Assembly (NCBI GenBank): GCA_040902005.1
Contig: JBBDYA010000093.1
Coordinates: forward strand, 37,690 to 99,242
Length of the DNA stretch: 61,553 bases
From: Gemmatimonadaceae bacterium
GTDB taxonomy: Bacteria; Gemmatimonadota; Gemmatimonadetes; Gemmatimonadales; Gemmatimonadaceae
Direction: 5' to 3'
Translations under genes and position numbers: made by a program
In this document: one piece after another, positions 50,036 through 58,200 of the stretch
How positions within the stretch are numbered: position 1 is the stretch's first letter
Layout of the letters: the number at the start of each line of letters is the position of its first letter
Notes under the pieces: generated by a model
The model's database searches: none
What the model saw: only the letters and a program-made list of their open reading frames with translations
What the model was told of the DNA's origin: nothing

Positions 50036-51432
50036 TAGAGGCGCAGACCCGGCGCGGTTGTCAGATAGGCGCGGCGCGGCGCCGCGGCGTTGAGAAAGAG
50101 TCCCAGCGCCGTGGCCACGAACAGGGACGCGCTCACGTTCCCGACGGGGTAGGTGAACAGGGAGAGCACCAGAAAGCCCGTGATAAACGGCAGAAAAGCG
50201 ACGGCCGGCGGCACGGCGAAGTCCTGATCGGTTTCCGCGGCCGCCGCATCCGATGCGCGCCAGCCGGAGGAGCGCAGTGCGCGAACCACGGCGTAACCAA
50301 AAAGGCCCGTGAAGATCGCGCCGCCCGCAACGCCGAGCTTCAGAAAAACCGTGGGGAAGAGCGAATCGACACCGTCCGTGAGAACCGTGCGCGCGCCGTG
50401 CTGAAACGGAGCCTGCGCGCCGATCCCGATCCCCAGCAGAGGGTTCTCCGAGAAGTAGCGCCATCCCTGCTTCAGCATGGCCCAGCGGATGCCGTGCGAA
50501 GCCTCCGGGTCGAGCTGGCCCAGCAAGCCGAACCGGCGAAAAAGCTGCGATCCCATGGGAGAGACGAACACCGCCGCACAGCAGCCTGCCGACGCCAGGA
50601 CAGCAGCCCGTCTCGCGCGGTACAGGAGCGTGCAGCTCGCTATTGTGACGACTGCGCCGAGCGCCAGCGCGCGCGAAAGCGCGTGCAGGGATCCGTAGAA
50701 AACGAGAGCCGACAGCGCTGCTGCGCCGGCGCTCGTGAATGATACACGAAGCGTAAAAAGCAGCGGGAATAGGGCGAGAAGAAACAGCCCTATGGGCGCG
50801 CCACCTACGAAATCAACGATCCGCAGGCTTCCGTTTTCCGTGAACGGGCCGGCGCCGGCACTGGGGTCAAAGAAGCCAAGCCGGGAGGAGAGCACATGTA
50901 TCGCGATGTGGGCGCTCACGTACTCCTCTCGCAACCGCGGTATCGTGGCAATGGCGACAGCCACGAGCGACCACCCGACCAGGACGCAGAGCATCGCAAG
51001 CACATGGCGCCGCTCCCAGTGCAAACGGAGATCGAGCACGGCCAGGAGCAGCGTGAAGAATCCGCCGTAGACGAGCAGGTCGCGAGCGAACATCCGGACG
51101 CTGAATGGACGCTCGAGCAGCACGTTCAGGAGGGCTGCCAGCGCCAGATACGCCAGCCCGGCGAAAGCCAGCGCCTGTTCGGGGCGTCGCAGGCGGCGCG
51201 CCACTTCACGCACTCCGCCCAGCTGAATGCGCGCCACCCAGGGCGCCACGAAGGCCAGGAAAGTCACGTCAGTGAGACTCACGCTGACCGCGCCGACGCG
51301 CGCGTTCAGCTCGCGCGGCACCAGCAGGATGGCCACCAGCAGCGCGAAGAGCCGGTCAGAGTCACCGCGACGAAGCAGCGCCACGAGCAGCGCGGCGCAG
51401 AGAACCAGATAGACGGCGTCGTAGGCGCTCAC
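50035..51432 (-). CDS. O-antigen ligase/polymerase (Wzy_C) family protein
   Basis: Multi-TM; LSRAL; RWAMLKQGWRYFSENPLLGIGIG; DSLFPTVFLKLGVAG. Confidence 0.8.
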   Translation of the reverse strand: MSAYDAVYLVLCAALLVALLRRGDSDRLFALLVAILLVPRELNARVGAVSVSLTDVTFLAFVAPWVARIQLGGVREVARRLRRPEQALAFAGLAYLALAALLNVLLERPFSVRMFARDLLVYGGFFTLLLAVLDLRLHWERRHVLAMLCVLVGWSLVAVAIATIPRLREEYVSAHIAIHVLSSRLGFFDPSAGAGPFTENGSLRIVDFVGGAPIGLFLLALFPLLFTLRVSFTSAGAAALSALVFYGSLHALSRALALGAVVTIASCTLLYRARRAAVLASAGCCAAVFVSPMGSQLFRRFGLLGQLDPEASHGIRWAMLKQGWRYFSENPLLGIGIGAQAPFQHGARTVLTDGVDSLFPTVFLKLGVAGGAIFTGLFGYAVVRALRSSGWRASDAAAAETDQDFAVPPAVAFLPFITGFLVLSLFTYPVGNVSASLFVATALGLFLNAAAPRRAYLTTAPGLRL

Positions 51433-52541
51433 GCGCGGCAGCCCACGCGCTCGAACACGTCCAGCGTCAGCCGGGCCGTGCGCTCCCAGGTGAATTCACG
51501 GGCGCGCGTCAAACCCTTCGCCCGCAAGCCGGCGCGCAGCTCGGCGTCGTTCGCGATCCCGATCATCGCAGCGGCGATCGCGTCCACGTCTTCAGGGGTA
51601 ACGAGAATCGCGGCGCTCCCCGCCACCTCGGGCAGCGCTGAGCGGTCGGACGTTATCACGGGGCAGCCGCTGGCCATGGCTTCCAGCACCGGCAGGCCAA
51701 AGCCCTCGTGCAGTGAGGGAAAGACCAGTGCTTCCGCGCCACCCAGGAGCGCAGGCATCTCTTCGCGGGGTACGTAGCCGAGCATGCGAACCTTGCCATC
51801 CAGTCCAAAAGAGGCGACGAGCTCCTCGATCTCTGCCTGCGCCTCGCCCCGCTTGCCCGTGATCACCAGTTGGTGATCCAGGCGCCCGATCTCGCGGCAC
51901 AGCCGAAAGGCGCGCACCAGGCGCGCCAGGTTCTTCCGGTACCACAACACGCTGCTGGTGTTGATGAAATACGGCCGCGTGAGCCCGTACCGGAGCCGCG
52001 TCGCTTCGACGCGCTCCCGCGGCGGTGGCGCGAACATGTCGGCGTCCACGCCCAGGGGCGTCACGAACACCTTCCGCGGATCCACGCCGCAGGTCTCCAC
52101 CACTTCGCGCTTAGTGCACTCGGAGATGGCGAGAATGGCGTGGGCCCTGGGAATGTGGGCCTTCACGGCCAGGAAGTAGTGCAGCTTGCCGTCCATGGCC
52201 ACCCGGTCCGGGAACATCAGTCCCATCAGGTCGTACACGGTGATCACCGTGGGAGTCCGGATGAACGGCGGGACCACTTCCTTGGGGACGAACGCCAGAT
52301 CGAACGCCCGGCCGGCGAACTCGAACGGCCAGCGCAGATAGGTCCAGAGCGGCGGGAAACGAAGCCGCCGCTCCCTGAAGCGCTCGTTCGCAAACCGGTG
52401 CACCAGCGCCTTGTTGCTGTACAGCGAGTACTCGTTCTTCCGGTCCATTGCCGCCAGCGCGCGCAGCAGGTGCTGCACGTACAGGCCGATGCCGGTGGGC
52501 GTGTCTTCGCTCAGCACCTTGGCGTGGACCGCGATTCTCAT
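51429..52541 (-). CDS. Glycosyltransferase family 4 (GT-B)
   Basis: TGIGLY; VITVYDL; RKNL; FPSLHEGFGLPVLEAMASG. Confidence 0.95.
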   Translation of the reverse strand: MRIAVHAKVLSEDTPTGIGLYVQHLLRALAAMDRKNEYSLYSNKALVHRFANERFRERRLRFPPLWTYLRWPFEFAGRAFDLAFVPKEVVPPFIRTPTVITVYDLMGLMFPDRVAMDGKLHYFLAVKAHIPRAHAILAISECTKREVVETCGVDPRKVFVTPLGVDADMFAPPPRERVEATRLRYGLTRPYFINTSSVLWYRKNLARLVRAFRLCREIGRLDHQLVITGKRGEAQAEIEELVASFGLDGKVRMLGYVPREEMPALLGGAEALVFPSLHEGFGLPVLEAMASGCPVITSDRSALPEVAGSAAILVTPEDVDAIAAAMIGIANDAELRAGLRAKGLTRAREFTWERTARLTLDVFERVGCRA

Positions 52542-52921
52542 CGCAGCCGCGCCACGCAGAACAGGCCGCTCCCCTGCGGACGAAAGGGCGCGAGCGCGGC
52601 CGCCACGGGCAGCACCGCGGCGGCGATCATCCCGTCCTTCATTCGCATGAGCGCCTTTGCGTGCCGCAAGCCGGACCCGCCGTCCCCCCCCTGGGCGCAT
52701 TCACGGCCAGACGCGCTCCAGCGGGTGAGGTGGTTCCGCGGATAGTCTCCTTCTCCGACGTGCAACAGCACCTCGAAAACCGCGACCACGTCGAACCGCT
52801 GGCCACGTCGTTTCGGGAACTCCGCGATGTCCATGGCGTACACCCTCTCGCGCACCTGGTACGCGCCCTTCCGCTCCAACGTCCTGGCCGGCCCGGCCGC
52901 GCCGCACGCCGGGCAAGTCAC
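52538..52921 (-). pseudogene. Internally deleted class I SAM methyltransferase (127 codons, still open)
   Basis: Keeps CPACG, FDVVAVFEVLLH and DYPRNHLTRWS but has no SAM motif I (DxGxG); GTGA and ATGA couplings to both neighbours are intact. Confidence 0.7.
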
Positions 52922-54414
52922 GAAGAGCCGGTCACTGTTGGACGCACCAGCCACCGGAGGAGTCTGGCCGGCTGCACCACTCTCCAGGAAAACCAGATTG
53001 CCGCGGCGGCGAATACCACCCAGAGCGCGACGCCCGAGAGCGCCGCTCCAGCAGATGCCAGCCGCCACGCCGCGAATGCCACGGCAGCGGCGGCCGCACC
53101 AGTTAGTAGCGCGTGGCGCGCATCGAGCCGGCCCGTAGTGCGCCTGTAGGCGCGCAGGAACAGAACCCCCGCCGGCACCGCCGCGAGGTGGGCCAGCGGC
53201 AGCGCAATGGCACCTGCCCGCCCCGAGGCCATCAATAGCACGGAGCAGAAAATGAGCAGGTGCAAAACGTTCTGCTTCAGCACCAGCCCGGCGAGGCCGC
53301 GCGCCACCACGGCGGAATGGAACACGCCGAGCAGCGCCGTGAGACTCACCGGCAAGGCTCCCAGAAACAGCACCCACGCCATGGGCGCCCATTCCGGCCC
53401 GTAAACGGCCGGCACCCAAACGGGGGCCAGCGAACCCACCGCGAAGACCAGCGGGATGAACGTGAGCGACAGCGCGCTGAGCGACCGCGACACCAGTTTT
53501 CCGAACGCGAGGTGGTCCGATTGCAGCCGCGCAAGCGCCGGGAGAGCCAATCGCTGCCCGATGGCGGCAAGGGTGCCCACACTTCCCAGCAGGGCATAGC
53601 CCAACTGCGCCAGTGCCAGCTGACGCGGCCCCGCAAGGCCGCCGATTATCACAACGGGCGCCAGCGTGACTGCCCACACCACGCCTTGCGCCGCTGTCAG
53701 CGACGCCAGCTCGGCGCGCAACCGCGACGGCACCGCAAAGGAAGGACGCGCGCCGGGGCGAAACGGAAGCAGCGAATACGCTACCGCAGCGGGCACCAGC
53801 CCGCGAAGCACCAGCGCGATCACCAGCGACCACGCGCCCGCTCCGGCCAGCAGCAGCAGCAGCGCCGCCGCATTGAAGGCCACGGCCTCCGACATCTCGA
53901 TGGCTCCCACCTTTCCGTAGGCCAGCGAGCGCTCCAACCGCGCGGCGGGAATGCTCTGCCAGGACTGGAAGTAGGCGCCGGCGGCAGCGGCGATCAGGAG
54001 CCAACCGAGCAGCGGCGCGTGATCGGGAAAGAGCGAGACGTGAAGCCCCCACCACGCGGCTAGCAGGGTGACGCCCAGGACCGCGACGCCAAGCACCTGT
54101 TGCAGCCAGAAGCAGCCGGCCAGCGTGGAGTGCGCGGGGGGCCCATGGCTGCGGATCACATGCGTCGGCACGCTGAAGTCAATCAGTTGCCGCGCCACCA
54201 AAAAGTAGGACAGGGCGGCGAAGTAGACGCCGAGTATGGCCGCGCCCAGCGCGCGTGCCAGGATGGCGCTTCCGGCGAAGGTGACGGCAAACGCCACGGC
54301 GTGCCGCAGGAGAAGCAGGGCGCCGCCCCTGACCACGGCCGGCCCCATGGCCGGATGATCGGCGAGGCCGCCGTCTCCTACCGAACCGCCACCGCCGGGG
54401 TGCGCAAAGGTCAT
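52918..54414 (-). CDS. wzx: Wzx-type oligosaccharide flippase
   Basis: About 12-14 TM; AILARALG; PAARLERSLAY; GAGAWSLV; YGPEW. Confidence 0.85.
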   Translation of the reverse strand: MTFAHPGGGGSVGDGGLADHPAMGPAVVRGGALLLLRHAVAFAVTFAGSAILARALGAAILGVYFAALSYFLVARQLIDFSVPTHVIRSHGPPAHSTLAGCFWLQQVLGVAVLGVTLLAAWWGLHVSLFPDHAPLLGWLLIAAAAGAYFQSWQSIPAARLERSLAYGKVGAIEMSEAVAFNAAALLLLLAGAGAWSLVIALVLRGLVPAAVAYSLLPFRPGARPSFAVPSRLRAELASLTAAQGVVWAVTLAPVVIIGGLAGPRQLALAQLGYALLGSVGTLAAIGQRLALPALARLQSDHLAFGKLVSRSLSALSLTFIPLVFAVGSLAPVWVPAVYGPEWAPMAWVLFLGALPVSLTALLGVFHSAVVARGLAGLVLKQNVLHLLIFCSVLLMASGRAGAIALPLAHLAAVPAGVLFLRAYRRTTGRLDARHALLTGAAAAAVAFAAWRLASAGAALSGVALWVVFAAAAIWFSWRVVQPARLLRWLVRPTVTGSS

Positions 54415-54450
54415 TCGACCTGCGATACTAACCCGGACGACCGCACGTCG

Positions 54451-55224
54451 TTAGACCGCGCCGCGCCGCGTGAGCACGGTCCACGGCGTCTTGAGCAGGA
54501 TCAGAAGGTCGCCAGCCAGCGACCGCTCGCGGATGTAGCGCAACTCGAGCTGGGCGCGCGCGGGATAGCCGACCTCGCTCCGGCCGGCCACCGCCCAACT
54601 GCCGGTGATGCCCGGGCGCACGGAGAGCAGCGCATCGAGGTCAGCGCCGTAGTGCGTGGCCTCCAGCGCGACGATGGGGCGCGGTCCCACCAGCGACATG
54701 TGGCCCAGGAGCACGTTCCAGAGCTGCGGCAGCTCGTCCAGGCTGCTGCGCCGCAGGAACCGCCCCACGCGGGTGATCCTCGGGTCCAGTTCCGCGGCGA
54801 TCTTGAAGTGGCTGCGCACGTATTGCTGCCGCAGCGCGGCATCCCGGAACACGCGCGACTCGGCGTCCCGCACCATGGTGCGGAACTTCAGGCAACCGAA
54901 GTGGCGCCCGCCGCGACCCAGGCGCCGGTGCACGAAGAACGCCGGCCCGGGGGAATCGGCCCGGATCGCAACGGCTATAAGGAGGAACGCCGGCGCGAGC
55001 AGAACCAGAAGGGCCGCGGCGCCCGCCACGTCAATGGCGCGCTTGAGAAAGTTCGACAACCGCCGGGGACGCGTCGGTCCCGGCGGGGCCGGCGGATCAC
55101 CTCGCACCAGCTCCAGGGGCGCGAGCGACCGGGCGCGCCCATGTGGATGCGCCCGCACGGCGCGCGAGGGCCGCGATTGCGCCCCGCCGCCGTCTTGTGT
55201 TCCGCCAGGCATGAATCTGGACAT
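54451..55224 (-). CDS. Initiating polyprenyl-phosphate sugar phosphotransferase (Bac_transf; WcaJ/PglC-like small form)
   Basis: KRAIDV; DSPGPAFF; KFRTM; DPRITRVGRFLRRSSLDELPQLWNVLLGHMSLVGPRP; PGITG. Confidence 0.95.
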   Translation of the reverse strand: MSRFMPGGTQDGGGAQSRPSRAVRAHPHGRARSLAPLELVRGDPPAPPGPTRPRRLSNFLKRAIDVAGAAALLVLLAPAFLLIAVAIRADSPGPAFFVHRRLGRGGRHFGCLKFRTMVRDAESRVFRDAALRQQYVRSHFKIAAELDPRITRVGRFLRRSSLDELPQLWNVLLGHMSLVGPRPIVALEATHYGADLDALLSVRPGITGSWAVAGRSEVGYPARAQLELRYIRERSLAGDLLILLKTPWTVLTRRGAV

Positions 55225-55226
55225 CG

Positions 55227-58200
55227 CTACGGTTTCACCTGGACCGGGGTCGACGAGCCGTTGAAGGTTCCATCTCCCATCTGGCCGGAGGGGCCCGCGC
55301 CGAAGCACCACGCCACCTTGTCGCTGGCCAGGGCGCAGCTGTGATTCACGGCGGTTCTTACAGACAGGTATGAGCGTCCCCCCGAAACTGCCACTGGCGT
55401 GCTGGTCGGATCGGTGGTGCCGTTGCCCAACTGGCCAGAGAAGTTGCCGCCAAAGCAGTAAGCTGCGCCGTCGCTGGTGACGACGCAGGTCTGCAGGTCA
55501 CCGGCCTCGAACTCCGCCACCGTCAGCGAGGACGCGGAGCGCGTAGGCTGGGAACGGTCATCAGTGGCGCCGTCGCCCAGCCGGCCGTACTCGCCCCTGC
55601 CCCAACAGTAGAGCGCGCCGCCGTCCACCAGTGCGCAAGCGTGGTCCCTTCCAACTTCCAGGTCAGCGAACGTCAGGCTTCCAGACACCATGGCGGGAGT
55701 GAGCGTGGCGGTGCCAGTCCCACTGGTGCCGATGCCCAACTGGCCGCTGAAGTTGTAGCCCCAGCAAGCGGCCGAGCCGTCGCCCGTAAGAGCGCAGGTG
55801 TGATTACCGCCGCCGTCCACGAGCGCGAAGGACAGATCGGACAAGACCAGCGTGGGAGTGCTGGTGGCGGTTTTCGTGCCGTTGCCCAGCTGCCCCTCGC
55901 TGTTGTGCCCCCAGCAACGCAGCTTGCCGTCGGCCAGAACGCCGCAGGTGTGGGAGAAGCCGGCGTCTATGTCAGTGAAGGCGTGTCCGCCGTGGACGTC
56001 CACCGGCACGCTGCTGGGGGTCGTGGTTCCATCTCCCAGCTCACCCACGAAGTTGGAGCCCCAGCACTTGGTACCGCCGCCCACCGTGATTCCGCAGGTG
56101 TGGTATTCGCCGGCAGTGAGCTTCACGAAACGGTGTCCGCCCTGCACGGCCACCGGCCTGTTGCGATTCGAGGTGCTGTTGTCGCCCAGGGCGCCGTAGG
56201 CGTTCACGCCCCAGCAGTAGGCGCCGCCCTGGCCATCCAGCGCGCAAGCGTGGTGTCCGCCCGCCGCCAAGGTCTCGAACAGAAGCACCACGTCGAACGG
56301 ATTGCTGGTAACGGCCTGCATGAAAGCGGCGCTGGACCTGAGTGTGTACCCGGCGGCGAGCTTGTTTATGCTCAGATCCGGGAACCGCGCAACGCCGCTC
56401 TGCACCATTACCGTTTTGGTGCCGGAAAGTGTGCCGCTGCCGGCGTTGGTGCCGAACGCGATGGTGACCTGCGTGGTGTTGTCGCCCGTGAGCGTTGCGC
56501 CGCCGGGGTCCTGTATGGCCACTTCAACTGCGGGCGAGATGAAGGCGGCCAGGGTCACCGTCGTGGGCTGCTGCACGTACACCAGTTTGTTCTCGGAGAA
56601 CACGGTAAACGTGTTGCTGGTGGCGGTGGCCAGCAGCGGTCCCGAAACCGAGAAGCTGTAGCTCCCCGCTTTGTCTATGACCAGGTCCTGATAGGTCGCC
56701 ACGCCGGACTGCACCGTGACGGTCCTGGAACCCGCGAGCGCGCCGCCCCCGGGATTCAAGCCGAGTCCCAGCGTGAGCTGCGTGGAGTTGTCCGACGAAA
56801 GCGTGGCGCCGGCGGCGTCGCGAATCGCCACCTTGACCGCGGGCGACAGCACGGCATTCGCAGTCGCGTTGCTGGGCATCTGCACGAAAGCCAGCTTGTC
56901 GCTTCTCAACACGTCGAACGCCGCGCTTGTGGCGCTCGTGTGTGAGGGAGCCGCGGCCGTGAACGTGTAATTCGCGCCCGGCTGGTCAACGCTCACGTCA
57001 GTGAACCGCGCTATGCCGCCGGACGCCGTTCGCGACTTGGTGCCGGAAAGCACCCCGCCCCCGGCGTTGTTGCCGAAGTCGAGGGTAATCACGGTGGAGT
57101 TGTCGCCGGTCTGCGTGCCGCCGGTACCATCTTTGACGGCCACCTCGAATGCTGCCATGGTGGCGCTTTGAGTCACGCTCTTGGGCTGGAGCACGAACGC
57201 GAGGTTCATGTCCGATGCGCGGACCTCCACCTCCTGGCTGGTGGCGGCAGGAACCAGCGGCGAGTTGACCACGAAGTTGTAGGTGCCCTGCTGGTTGAAG
57301 CTCAGGTCCGTGAAGCGCGCGATTCCGTCCGACGCCGTGATGGTTTTGGTGCCTGACAGCTCGCCCCCGCCGGAAATGTTTCCGATGGCGATGGTCACCG
57401 CAGTGGAGTTGTCAGTGCCGATGGTGGCACCGGCCAGGTCCTGGACCGCCACCTCGACGGGGTCCATCGTGGCGCTGATAGTGACGGAAGCGGGCACCTG
57501 AACGAACGCCAACTGCACGTCCCGCTGCACGTCGAAGGAGCCGCTGGTGGCCTGTTGCAGCGACGGGGCCGAGGCCACCAGCGTGTGAGCCGTGCCGGCC
57601 GCGGTCATGCTCAGGCCAGTGAATCGCACGACGCCCTCCGACACGGTGAGCGTCTTCGTGCCCAGCAGCTCTCCGCCGCCCGTATTGTTTCCTAAGGCGA
57701 CGGTGATCTGCGTGGAGTTGTCCACCGTGTTCGTGCTGCCGTCGGAATTCTGAACCGCCACTTCCACCGCGGCCATCGTCGCCGTGCGCGTCACCAGCGT
57801 GGGCTCCGTGACGAAGGCGAGCTTCATATCCGACGTCACGTCGAATGCCGGGCCTTCGGTGAGCGGGATCAGGGGCGAGACGGCCACCAGGTTGTAGGTG
57901 CCCGGATGGTTGCCAATGCTCAGGTCCGTGAACCGCGCCTTGCCGGCCGAAACGGTCTGCGTCTTCGTGCCGGCCAGCGTGCCGCCGCCCGACAGGCTCC
58001 CGATCGCCACGGTCACCTGCGTCTCGTTGTCCGTGGAGGCAATGGTTCCGGTAAGGTCCTGGACGGCCACCTCGACGGGGTCCATCGTGGCGCTGATAGT
58101 GACGGAAGCGGAGACCTGGACGAACGCCAACTGCACGTCCCGCTGCACGTCGAAGGAGCCGCTGGTGGCCTGTTGCAGCGACGGGGCCGAGGCCACCAGC

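Noticed and set aside
55227..56280. Diversity-generating retroelement target in the RCC1 tip
   Set aside because: No reverse transcriptase and no template repeat with A-specific mismatches were seen in the window.
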